This document shows, in pieces, positions 40,644-49,375 of a stretch of DNA of 64,000 nt. The position numbers were made by a program, and so were the translations under genes. Under the pieces are notes generated by a model that had not been told where the DNA came from, made no database searches, and saw only the letters and a list, made by a program, of their open reading frames with translations. The stretch's first letter is position 1. The number at the start of each line of letters is the position of its first letter. The DNA is from an uncultured delta proteobacterium (GTDB lineage: Bacteria > Myxococcota_A > Polyangia > Fen-1088), in contig CAVYGB010000002.1 in the NCBI GenBank assembly GCA_963767925.1, positions 384,001 to 448,000 of the forward strand. Direction: 5' to 3'.

Positions 40644-41085
40644 CGCAGAGCGTTTGTGGCAGGCGCTGCCCGCTTTCGAATGGAGATGTTCGCTCCGGAC
40701 CTGGGTGTATCGCCTGGCACGGACCGCCTCGGCCGACGTCCATCGAAGGGCTCAGCGCCGCGCTCGCCACGAAGTTCGGCCCGCTACCTCAGCCGCCTAC
40801 GAAGAGCTCCAGGCCGAGGTGCGCACCGGAACCCTCTCGATGCTGAAGACGGCCAGGCGCGCGGAGCTCGAGCGGCTCCGCGACGAGTTGCCCGCAGAGG
40901 ATCGCCTGCTGCTGATCTTGCGGGTGGATCGTGATCTTTCCTGGCGTGACGTGGCCCTGGTGGTGTCGGATCTCTCAGAGAGCGCGGAGGAGACACTCGC
41001 GCAGGAGGCCGCCCGCCTGCGCAAGCGGTTCCAGCTCGTCAAAGATCGCTTGCGTGAAGCGGCTCGAGCGCGGCAGCTGATCTGA
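40642..41085 (+). pseudogene. 5'-truncated ECF sigma-70 factor
   Basis: ERLWQALPAFEWRCSLRTWVYRLAR, LPAEDRLLLILRVDRDLSWRDVA, AARLRKRFQLVKDRLR. N-terminus is replaced by the transposase fragment in another frame. Confidence 0.75.
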
Positions 41086-41091
41086 ACGTGC

Positions 41092-41400
41092 TCACTCGGC
41101 CGGCGGGGGCGCCGGGCGTGGCAGTCGGCTGGCGAGGAACTCGCGCCAGCCAGGCGGGGCCCAGGCCAACCGTCTGTCCTCCTGGGGCTTCGAGGGGATC
41201 CCTCCTCCTGGCGGAAGACCTCTGGCCCGGTGGGGTTGTACGTCCGGGAGCAGGAGAGAAAGGCCGGAGAGACCCCGATCGGGACGGAGGCCGACCCGGG
41301 CGTTGCTCAGCGCGACCCGAAACGTGGCAATGCCGGCCCGATCGAACACGGCGAACTCCTCGAGCCGGTCGATGAAGCTTCCGATGTCGACGTAGTCGGA
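41092..41400 (-). pseudogene. Possible C-terminal remnant of a clostripain-like (peptidase C11) gene
   Basis: DYVDIGSFIDRL...GLSGLSLLLP...RRLAWA..GWREFL resembles C11 C-termini. No start; the upstream sequence runs into the phaZ 3' end. Confidence 0.3.
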
Positions 41401-41460
41401 TCCTCGAGGAGGATCCGGCCCCCGCCGCCATTGCCGCCCGGCCTCGCCGGCGACCTGCGC

Positions 41461-42747
41461 TCAGCCGGCGGCGGCCGACCCGACCGGGGCCACCCCGACG
41501 GGCGCGCGCTCGGCGGCGGCGATGAAGGCCTGGACCTGGGGGTAGACCAGCTCGCGCCAGCGCCGGCCACTGAAGATGCCGTAGTGTCCGGCGCCGCCGA
41601 CGGTGAGGTGCCGCTTGCGCCCCGCCGGCAGGCCGGCGCACAGGACGTGGGCCGCCTCGGTCTGGCCGAGGCCGGAGATGTCGTCCAGCTCGCCCTCGAT
41701 GGTGAACAGCGCGGCGCTCGCGATGGCCTCGGGCGCCACCCGCTCGCCGCCCACCTGCCAGAGCCCGCGCGGCAGCAGGTGCTGCTGGAACACGATGCGG
41801 ACGCAGTCGAGGAAATACTCCGCCGGCATGTCGAGGGCGGCGTTGTATTCGTCGTAAAAGCGGCGGTGCTCGGCGGCGTTCTGGGCCTCGCCCCGCACCA
41901 GGTGCTCGTAAAAGGCGAGGTGGGAGCCGAGGTGGCGGGCGGGGTTCATCGCCATGAAGTTGCCGAGCTGGAGAAAACCGGGGCAGACGCGGCGGCCCCG
42001 GCCGGGGTAAGGCGCCGGCACCTGGTGCAGCAGGTAGCGCTCGAACCAGCTCAGCGGCTGGGTGGTGGCCAGCCGGTTTACCTCGGTCGGGCTGAACCGG
42101 GTGTCGAGGGGCCCGCCCATCAGGGTCAGGCTGCGCGGCTCGCGCTCGCCGGCCGCCGCGATCAGCGACGCCGCCGCCAGCGCCGGGACCGCCGCCTGAC
42201 AGACCGCCAGGAGGTGCAGGCGCTCCGGGCCGATGTGGCGGATGAACGTCCGCAGGTAGCCGACATAGTCCTCGAGCGAGAAGCCGCCCCGATCGGTCGG
42301 CACCAGGCGCGCGTCGGTCCAGTCGGTGACATACACCTGATGGCCGCCGAGCAGGCTGCGCACGGTGTCGCGCAGCAGGGTGGCGTGATGGCCCGACAAG
42401 GGCGCCACCACCAGCACCACCGGATCGCGGGCCAGCGCCCCCACCACCTCCGCCCGGTCGGCGAAGCGCTGGAACCGCTGCAGGCGGCAAAACGGCAAGT
42501 CGAGCACCGTCTGCTCGACCACCGCCACCTCGGCGCCGTGGGCCTGCACCGACGGGATGCCGAAGGTCGGCTTGTCGTAACGTTTGCCGAGCCGATAGAG
42601 CAGCTCGTAACCGGCCGCTACCTGCGCTGCGCCAGGGAGCTGGGAGAGCCAGCTCTCCGGGGCCGAGAAGATGTTGGCGCCGGCCCGGGCCAGATCCAGC
42701 CCCGGTCCGACGAAAGCGCGGTTGAGCTCGTGAAGCGCGTACAACAC
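41461..42747 (-). CDS. phaZ: Intracellular polyhydroxyalkanoate depolymerase
   Basis: KRYDKPTF, VAPLSGHHATLLRDTV, VYVTDW, LAVCQ (catalytic Cys), MGGPLDTR, PGFLQL, FYDEY, EGELDDISG, GHYGIFSGRRW. Confidence 0.93.
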   Translation of the reverse strand: MLYALHELNRAFVGPGLDLARAGANIFSAPESWLSQLPGAAQVAAGYELLYRLGKRYDKPTFGIPSVQAHGAEVAVVEQTVLDLPFCRLQRFQRFADRAEVVGALARDPVVLVVAPLSGHHATLLRDTVRSLLGGHQVYVTDWTDARLVPTDRGGFSLEDYVGYLRTFIRHIGPERLHLLAVCQAAVPALAAASLIAAAGEREPRSLTLMGGPLDTRFSPTEVNRLATTQPLSWFERYLLHQVPAPYPGRGRRVCPGFLQLGNFMAMNPARHLGSHLAFYEHLVRGEAQNAAEHRRFYDEYNAALDMPAEYFLDCVRIVFQQHLLPRGLWQVGGERVAPEAIASAALFTIEGELDDISGLGQTEAAHVLCAGLPAGRKRHLTVGGAGHYGIFSGRRWRELVYPQVQAFIAAAERAPVGVAPVGSAAAG

Positions 42748-42887
42748 CTCGCTGACCCCCTGTCGCGTCCACAACGCGACAAGCGGGTATCATACCAGCT
42801 TCACATCCGGTCTCGACAGCAATCCCTGTCGCTCACTGCGCTGTCGGTCACTGAAACGGTCCTTCGGTTGTGTCCCTCGTGCCGTTC

Positions 42888-43685
42888 CTACTGTGCGGTC
42901 CAGCCTCCATCCACCACGATGGTCTGTCCGGTGATGTTGCGGGCGGCGGGCGAGAGCAGGAAGGCGGTGATGCCGGCCAGCTCGTCGAGTCCGATGAACA
43001 CGCCTTTCGGCATCGGGGCGAGCATGACCGTGCGGATCACCTCCCCTTCGGGCAGCCCGCGCACCCGCGCCTGGTCGGCGATCTGCCGGTCGACCAGCGG
43101 CGTCTTCACGTAGCTCGGGCAGATGGTGTTGATGGTGACGTCGGTGTCGGCGGTCTCGAGGGCGAGGGCCCGGGTCAAGCCCACCAGCCCGTGTTTGGCC
43201 GCCACGTAGGCGCTCTTGAAGGGGCTGGCCACCAGGGCGTGGATGCTCCCCATGTTCACGATCCGGCCGAAGCCCTGCCGGCGCATGCCGGGCAGGGCCG
43301 CCCGGGTCAGGCGGGCCACCCCGATCAACATCACCTGGATCAGCAGCTCCCAGCGAGCCGGCGGAAACTCCTCCAGCGGCGCGACATGTTGCAGGCCGGC
43401 GTTGTTCACCAGCACCTCGATCGGCCGCCCGAGCCGGGTCAGCGCGGCCGCGACGCTGGCGTCCGAGGTCACGTCCAGCACCAGCGCCTCGGCCGCCCCG
43501 CCCGCCTGGCGGATCCCGGCCGCCACCCCCTCGACCGCGCCGCGCTCGAGATCGCTCACCACCACCGCGTGGCCGGCCGCCGCCAGCTCCCGGGCCAGGC
43601 CGGCGCCGATGCCGCTGGCGGCGCCGGTGATCAGGATGTGGCGGGCGTCGGCGCGGGACCCGGCCCCCGGGGGTGAAGGACCCAT
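42888..43685 (-). CDS. bdhA: D-3-hydroxybutyrate dehydrogenase
   Basis: TGAASGIG, NNAGLQHVAPLEEFP, SIHALVASPFKSAYVAAKHG, ICPSYVKTPLVDRQI. Confidence 0.92.
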   Translation of the reverse strand: MGPSPPGAGSRADARHILITGAASGIGAGLARELAAAGHAVVVSDLERGAVEGVAAGIRQAGGAAEALVLDVTSDASVAAALTRLGRPIEVLVNNAGLQHVAPLEEFPPARWELLIQVMLIGVARLTRAALPGMRRQGFGRIVNMGSIHALVASPFKSAYVAAKHGLVGLTRALALETADTDVTINTICPSYVKTPLVDRQIADQARVRGLPEGEVIRTVMLAPMPKGVFIGLDELAGITAFLLSPAARNITGQTIVVDGGWTAQ

Positions 43686-43696
43686 CGCGGCGCCCG

Positions 43697-44686
43697 CTAC
43701 CAGTCGAGCAGGGCCGCGCCCCAGGAGAGGCCGCCCCCGAACCCGCACAACATGACCCGCGAGCCCCGCTGCAGCCGCCCGCTCTCCCGGGCCCGGGCCA
43801 GGGTCAGCGGGATGCTGGCGGCGGCGGTGTTGCCGTAGGTCTCGACGGTCGTCACCGTCCGTTCCATCGGCAGCTCGAGCGACTTCATCATCGCCTCGAT
43901 CATCCGCAGGTTGCTCTGGTGCAGCACCACCAGGTCGAGGTCGTCCGGCTCGAGCTGGTGCTCGTGCAGCAGCGCCCGGATGGTGCGGGGGACGGTGGTG
44001 ACGGCGAAGTCCCAGACCTTGGGCCCGTCCATCATGAAGGTGTTGAGGCGCCGGGCCAGCACGTCGGCGTCGACCGGCTGGCGGGTGCCGCCGGCCGGCA
44101 CCTGGATGCAGCGGCTGCCCCGGCCGTCGCTGCCCAGCCGGAAGTGGATGCGCCGGTCGTGCTCCTCGGTCTGCGACAGCAACACCGCCCCCGCCCCGTC
44201 GCCGAAGAAGATGCAGGTGCGCCGGTCGTTCCAGTTGAGCACCTTGGTGAAGGCGTCGGTGCCGATGACCAGCGTGTTGCGAAACTGCTCGGGCGCCGCC
44301 AGCATCATGCTCTGGGCCACGTCGAGGGCGAACACGAACCCGGCGCAGACCGAGTTGACGTCGAAGGCCGGGCACTGCCGCTCGCCCAGCCCCAGCTTCT
44401 CCTGGATCAGGCAGGCCACCGCCGGCTGCGACTGATCGGGCGTCGCGCAGGCCACCACGATGAGGTCGACCTCCGACCGATCGAGGCCACCCTGGCTCAG
44501 GCAGCGCAGCGCCGCCTGGCAGCCCATGTCGCTGGGGGCCTCACCGGGCGCGGAGATCCGCCGCTCCTCGATCCCGGTCTTGGTGAGAATCCAGTCGTGC
44601 GAGGTGTCGACCTGGCGGGCCAGCTCCTCGTTGCTCATCGTCCTGCTGGGTACGTAGGCCCCCACGCCGGCCACTCGAATGCCCAT
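43697..44686 (-). CDS. KAS III-family condensing enzyme (FabH or NphT7-like acetoacetyl-CoA synthase)
   Basis: WILTKTGIEERR, TPDQSQP, AFDVNSVCAG (Cys), FGDGAGA, VPAGGTRQP, HQSN, TVETYGNTAAASIP, GFGGG. Confidence 0.9.
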   Translation of the reverse strand: MGIRVAGVGAYVPSRTMSNEELARQVDTSHDWILTKTGIEERRISAPGEAPSDMGCQAALRCLSQGGLDRSEVDLIVVACATPDQSQPAVACLIQEKLGLGERQCPAFDVNSVCAGFVFALDVAQSMMLAAPEQFRNTLVIGTDAFTKVLNWNDRRTCIFFGDGAGAVLLSQTEEHDRRIHFRLGSDGRGSRCIQVPAGGTRQPVDADVLARRLNTFMMDGPKVWDFAVTTVPRTIRALLHEHQLEPDDLDLVVLHQSNLRMIEAMMKSLELPMERTVTTVETYGNTAAASIPLTLARARESGRLQRGSRVMLCGFGGGLSWGAALLDW

Positions 44687-44700
44687 GGTCAACGCGCCTT

Positions 44701-45708
44701 TCAATCCCGCAGCGACGGTTGCGCCTGCTCCCAGAGCAGGGCCCCGCCCATCCGGACCTCCCGCTCGCGCAGGAACCAGCGGCACTTGGTCCGCCCGTAT
44801 TCGCGCAGCTCCTCCAGCATCTCGGGGCGGCGATCCAGCTTCGACCGGTAGTTCAGCTCGCGATCGAGGGCGATGCGCGAGACCTGGATGGGGTGGAAGC
44901 GGGGATCGTTGATCCGCCCCTGGGCGATGGCCCGGTTGATCTCGTCGATGAAACGCAGCTCCTGCTCCATCGACAGGTTGCCGGCCAGGGCGTTGCGGCG
45001 GTCGAGGATCTCGTGGGTCTCGGTGGGGATGCGGGGGCAGGTGCTCGAGTTGATCTGGATCAGCCACAGCTCGTCGAGCTGGTGCTCGATGAGGTCGTGG
45101 ATCGGCGGGTTCTGGGAGAAGAGGCCGTCCCAGAACACGCCCCGCCCCGGCACGTGGACCGCCCGGAACAGCTCCGGCACGGCGGCCGAGGCCAGCAGGC
45201 TCTCGACGCACAGGTCCTCGCCGGTGAAGATCTCGAAGTGCCCGCTCAGGACCTCGACCGCGCCGATCTGGAGGATGGGAGCGCCCGGCTGGCGGGCCAG
45301 CCGGCGCAGCTCCTCGAAGTCGAAGTGTTGCTCGAGGATGGCCCGGAAGCGCTCCTCCCCCAGGGGCGGCAGGTGGTAGGGGCTCACCTCGGGCAAGATC
45401 ATGAGGTCGCGCAGGCCCATGATCCCCATCAGGGTCTGGTTGAGGATCCGGTCCCCCATCTCCCGGGCCGAGACCGCCTGCCAGAAGGCCTGCAGCTTCT
45501 GGACCGCCCGCTGGGGATCGCCCCGCAGCAGGCCGTCCCAGGCCAGGGCGGCGCACATCGCCCCGCCCGAGGTGCCACTCAGCGCCACCACCTCGACGTC
45601 CTCCGGGAGGTTCGCCAGCAGGTTCTGCAGGACGCCCGCGGTGAAGGCGGTGTGGCTGCCTCCTCCCTGGCAGGCGATCGCTACCCGACTCCGTGTCCCG
45701 TTTGACAT
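44701..45708 (-). CDS. Patatin-like phospholipase/esterase (candidate PHA depolymerase)
   Basis: CQGGGSHTAF, GTSGG (Ser nucleophile), LASAAVP, WDGLFSQNPP. Confidence 0.88.
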   Translation of the reverse strand: MSNGTRSRVAIACQGGGSHTAFTAGVLQNLLANLPEDVEVVALSGTSGGAMCAALAWDGLLRGDPQRAVQKLQAFWQAVSAREMGDRILNQTLMGIMGLRDLMILPEVSPYHLPPLGEERFRAILEQHFDFEELRRLARQPGAPILQIGAVEVLSGHFEIFTGEDLCVESLLASAAVPELFRAVHVPGRGVFWDGLFSQNPPIHDLIEHQLDELWLIQINSSTCPRIPTETHEILDRRNALAGNLSMEQELRFIDEINRAIAQGRINDPRFHPIQVSRIALDRELNYRSKLDRRPEMLEELREYGRTKCRWFLREREVRMGGALLWEQAQPSLRD

Positions 45709-45714
45709 GGCTCT

Positions 45715-46872
45715 CTACTCCGTTCCTGGGTTGGCGTGACCGGACTGGTTTGCGGGGGAGGGTGCGGGGCGGGAGGCGGGCGTGGAGCGCGCGGCCATCC
45801 AGCGCGTCGCCTCGGGCCAGAGCGTGCGCTGGGCCTTGCCCCCGACGATCAGCCCGACGTGCCCGGCGTCGATGGTGAACGAGCGGATGTCGCGGGACCC
45901 GACGAGGGGGCGGATGCCCTCGGTCGAGGCGGGGGCCACCAGGTGGTCGTTGCGGGCGGTGAGCAGCAGCAGGGGGCAGACGATCCGGCTCAGGTCCACC
46001 GCCCGCTCCCCGAGGTGGAGCTGGCCGCGGGTCAGCTCGTTGCCCTGGTAGAGCTTCTTGACGAACTCGCGGAAGGTCTCGCCGGCGACCGGGATGTTGT
46101 CGTTGATCCAGCGCTCCATCGCGAAGAAGCTCGACACCGCCTGCAGGTCGTCCATCTGCTCGTAGAAGGCCAGGTTCTTCTCCAGCATGTTCTGGACCGG
46201 CTTCATGCTCAGGAAGCAGGCCTGGAGGAACCAGGCCGGGCAGTTGCCGTGGGCGTCGACGAAGGCGTCCACGTCGAAGTGCTGGCGGTCGGCCCAGAGC
46301 TGCAGGAGGGACTCGCGCCCGGAGAAATCGATGGGGGCGGCCAGCAGGGTGAGGCTGCAGATCGTCTCGGGGTGGAGCGCCGTGAACAGCGCCGATATCG
46401 TCCCGCCCATGCAGTAGCCCAGCAGGTGCAGGTCGCGGCGGCGGTGGGCCCGCAGGATGAAGTCGACGACCCGCCCGAGAAAGCCGCCCACGTAGTCGGC
46501 CAGCGCGAGGTGGCGGTCGCCGTCGCCCGGCACCCCCCAGTCGATCAGGTAGACGTCGAAGCCCTCGCGCAGGTAGCGGGCGGCCACGCTCTTGTCCGGC
46601 TGCAGGTCGAGGATGTAGGCCCGGTTGATGAGGGCGTAACAGAGCAGCACCGGCTCGGCGTGGGTGGCGGGCGTCTCGCGCCGGTAGCGCAGGAGCTTGA
46701 ACATCGGCTCCTCCAGCACGACGTCGCGAGGGGTGGTGCCGACCCTCGTGCCCGAAGCCACCTCGACCACCTGGGGGAAGCTGAGCAGCCGCCGCCACAT
46801 GCGCTGCTGCTCGGCGAACATCGCCGCCAGGGGCTCGAAGTCGACCCGCGCCCGTCCCGTTCCCGCGTCCAT
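45715..46872 (-). CDS. phaC: PHA synthase PhaC, class III/IV-sized
   Basis: GTTPRDVV, YALINRAYILDLQP, VYLIDWG, lipase box GYCMGG, MERWIND, RNDHLV, GHVGL; about 385 aa; GGAGGAG RBS. Confidence 0.93.
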   Translation of the reverse strand: MDAGTGRARVDFEPLAAMFAEQQRMWRRLLSFPQVVEVASGTRVGTTPRDVVLEEPMFKLLRYRRETPATHAEPVLLCYALINRAYILDLQPDKSVAARYLREGFDVYLIDWGVPGDGDRHLALADYVGGFLGRVVDFILRAHRRRDLHLLGYCMGGTISALFTALHPETICSLTLLAAPIDFSGRESLLQLWADRQHFDVDAFVDAHGNCPAWFLQACFLSMKPVQNMLEKNLAFYEQMDDLQAVSSFFAMERWINDNIPVAGETFREFVKKLYQGNELTRGQLHLGERAVDLSRIVCPLLLLTARNDHLVAPASTEGIRPLVGSRDIRSFTIDAGHVGLIVGGKAQRTLWPEATRWMAARSTPASRPAPSPANQSGHANPGTE

Positions 46873-46912
46873 GGGGGCTCCTCCGGTTTCCATCTTCTGG
46901 TGGTCCCGGCCT

Positions 46913-47707
46913 TCACATCGCCATGCCGCCGTTGACGTCGAGGACGTGGCCGGTGACGAACCCGGCCGCCGGCGAGGCCAGGTAGAGCACGCTGGCCGCG
47001 ATCTCCTGGGGATCGCCGAGCCGGCCGACCGGCGTCTGATCGAGGACCGATTGCAGGGCGGCCTCGGGGACACCCTCCAGCATGCGGGTCTTGACGAAGC
47101 CGGGCGCGATCGCGTTGACCGTGACGCCCTTGCGGGCATATTCGCGGGCCAGGGCCTTCGTCAGCCCGATCAGGCCCGCCTTGGCGGCGGCGTAGTTGGT
47201 CTGCCCGAAGTTCCCGATGCGGCCCACGATGCTCGAGATGTTGATGACCCGCCCCCACTTGCGCGCCGCCATCCCGTCGATGAACCGCTTGGTGACGTCG
47301 AAGACGCTGTTGAGGTTGGTGTTGATCACGCTGTCCCAGTCTGGCCGCTCCATCTTGCGGAAGGTGCCGTCGCGGGTGATGCCGGCGTTGTTGACCAGGA
47401 TGTCGATCACCTGAAAGTCGTCGATCACCCGGGTACACATCTTCTCCACCTCGGCCGGGATCCCCACGTCGAAGGGGTAGGCCTTCGCCTGCCTGCCCCC
47501 CTCCCGGATCTCCCGGCAGACCTGCTCGGCCGACTCGGCCCCCAGCGGGCTGGATCCGATGGCGACGTCGGCGCCCGCCGAGGCGAGCATGAGGGCGCAG
47601 GCCCGCCCGATGCCGCGCGAGCCCCCGGTTATGAACACCTTCTTGCCGAGCAGGCTGAAGCCGGGGACGAGGACGCCGCTGCCGGGGACGAGATCGAGAG
47701 ATGTCAT
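46913..47707 (-). CDS. phaB: Acetoacetyl-CoA reductase
   Basis: TGGSRGIG, NNAGITRD, INISSIVG, GNFGQTNYAAAKAG, ALAREYARKGVTVN; directly upstream of phaC. Confidence 0.85.
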   Translation of the reverse strand: MTSLDLVPGSGVLVPGFSLLGKKVFITGGSRGIGRACALMLASAGADVAIGSSPLGAESAEQVCREIREGGRQAKAYPFDVGIPAEVEKMCTRVIDDFQVIDILVNNAGITRDGTFRKMERPDWDSVINTNLNSVFDVTKRFIDGMAARKWGRVINISSIVGRIGNFGQTNYAAAKAGLIGLTKALAREYARKGVTVNAIAPGFVKTRMLEGVPEAALQSVLDQTPVGRLGDPQEIAASVLYLASPAAGFVTGHVLDVNGGMAM

Positions 47708-47997
47708 GGGAGGTTCTCCTGTCCGAGTCGCGCCGGACCGTTGCGGCCGGTCGAGAGGGCCAAAGTTCTGAGGTTCCGTTGCATGAGGTCCAGGAACACC
47801 GGCGACCTCAGGTAGCGATCGGAGGCGCGGGTCACCTCGGCCAGCCAGGGGACGCGCTGGCGGCGGGAATCGGCGAGCAGAGCCGCCGCCGCCAGCAGGC
47901 CGCCGCCGCCGACCGCCCCCATCTGCTGGCACAGGCGCAACCACTGCTCGGTGAGGGCGACGAGCGGATGGGGGGGGGTGGGTGCGGGGGGAATCAC
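47704..47997 (-). CDS. Small hypothetical protein in the PHA operon (PhaE-fragment-like)
   Basis: WLAEVTRASDRYLRSPVFLDLMQRNL; stop overlaps the phaB ATG. GTG start inferred. Confidence 0.55.
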   Translation of the reverse strand: MIPPAPTPPHPLVALTEQWLRLCQQMGAVGGGGLLAAAALLADSRRQRVPWLAEVTRASDRYLRSPVFLDLMQRNLRTLALSTGRNGPARLGQENLP

Positions 47998-48028
47998 GGG
48001 GACTCTCCGGCGGGCGTCGGCGGTTCCG

Positions 48029-48460
48029 TCAGGAGACCTCGGTGGCCGACTCGGACTGGGCCTTCTGGACCATCTCCGCGGTCCGCTCCGACCACTTCTG
48101 GAACTCGCGGAACTGCGTCTCGGACTGCTGCTTGAACGTCTCGAACAGCTTGCGCCCGAGGTCTTCGGCCACCTTGCGGTAGTCCTCGGGGGACTTGGCC
48201 TCCGAGACCCGGAAGGTCTGCTCGACCGCCTGGATGGCCGACTTGTAGGCGTTGTCCAGCGAGGTCCGGTGGTCATTGAGCATCTCGAGGGTCAGATCGA
48301 CCCAGCGCTTCTGCAGATCGCGGGCCCACTCGGTCGAGGCGCCGGTGGCGCTGGTGGGCGCGGCCTGCCACTGCTGGGTCCATTGCTTGAAGACGTCCTG
48401 CTGCATCTGCAGGGAGGACTCGGATGCCTTGCGAAAGCTCTCGAAGATCTGATCGAACAT
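48029..48460 (-). CDS. Amphipathic helical protein, phasin- or PhaE-like
   Basis: MFDQIFESFRKASESSLQMQQDVFKQW...; 143 aa, Q/E/K-rich helices; GGAGGA RBS; first gene of the PHA operon. Confidence 0.7.
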   Translation of the reverse strand: MFDQIFESFRKASESSLQMQQDVFKQWTQQWQAAPTSATGASTEWARDLQKRWVDLTLEMLNDHRTSLDNAYKSAIQAVEQTFRVSEAKSPEDYRKVAEDLGRKLFETFKQQSETQFREFQKWSERTAEMVQKAQSESATEVS

Positions 48461-48752
48461 GGTCTTCCTCCGTTTCCTTGGTGCGGACGTCGGGCCGCTG
48501 GCCCGGGTCTGCGTCGCCGGGCGTGGCTGCGCCCATCTCTGACGATCGACTGGGCCGATGCGCGAGGGGGTGAAGCTCCGGACCCTCGCGTTCCCTTCGT
48601 TCTGGCGACGACAGTGTATGGTCGGCCGCGCTCGCGGAAACATCCGGCAACTGTCTGATTCGAGCCGCGGCGACGGCGGCTCGGGGTGGGGACGGACAGA
48701 AGGGCGCTCATCGCGGCCCGCGCGGACGGGGACGGGACGGACGGGACGAAGG

Positions 48753-49253
48753 TCAGGGGGAGAGAGAGATCGTCCTGGCCAGGAGGGTGTTCAGATTTTT
48801 CCAGGAGCGTTTCCAGGCGGTGCGGCTGGCTTCGCGGTCCATGGTCGTCATGAGCTGATCCTGGCGGAGGGTGATCTCGGTGGAGTGGGGGGCGGTCGAG
48901 CGGAAGTCGAGGGAGAGCAGGGTTGGATGGCGATCCGACTTGCCGTTGCGCTCGCGGACCCAGGTCTGCACCAGGCGCTGGTCGGGCAGGATCTCGACGT
49001 ATTCGCCACTGGTGATGGTCTGGCCTCCGAGGAGGCGGCGGACGACGAGGCGGTGGTGGCCGCCGACCCGCAGGTCGGCGCTGGCCTCGACGACCTTGCT
49101 GGGCCAGGGCGCCAGCCAGCGGCGCAGCAGGGCGGGGTCGGTCCAGGCGGCGAAGACCGCGGTCACCGGGGCGGCGAAGGTCTGTACCAGGTGGATCGAG
49201 GTGGAGGGAGGGCTGGGGGCTTCGCTGCCGGGCACGTTCGACTGGAACTTCAT
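48753..49253 (-). CDS. SRPBCC/AHSA1 domain protein
   Basis: FAAPVTAVFAAWTDP, DLRVGG, GEYVEILPDQRLVQTW; GAGGAGG RBS. Confidence 0.88.
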   Translation of the reverse strand: MKFQSNVPGSEAPSPPSTSIHLVQTFAAPVTAVFAAWTDPALLRRWLAPWPSKVVEASADLRVGGHHRLVVRRLLGGQTITSGEYVEILPDQRLVQTWVRERNGKSDRHPTLLSLDFRSTAPHSTEITLRQDQLMTTMDREASRTAWKRSWKNLNTLLARTISLSP

Positions 49254-49375
49254 GTGTCCTCCTCCTCGATCGGGGTGTGGGCGACAGTCAACCATCTGCT
49301 CGGTCATTCTTCGATCGCCGACGCGGCGGCGCCGTTGATCCGGGGGAACGCGTGTGACAGACAAGAGGGCTCTCC

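Noticed and set aside
43697..46798. 1033-aa ORF as a large FabH fusion
   Set aside because: Only the last 329 aa are KAS III; the rest is an off-frame read of phaC and patatin, which have their own motifs and starts.
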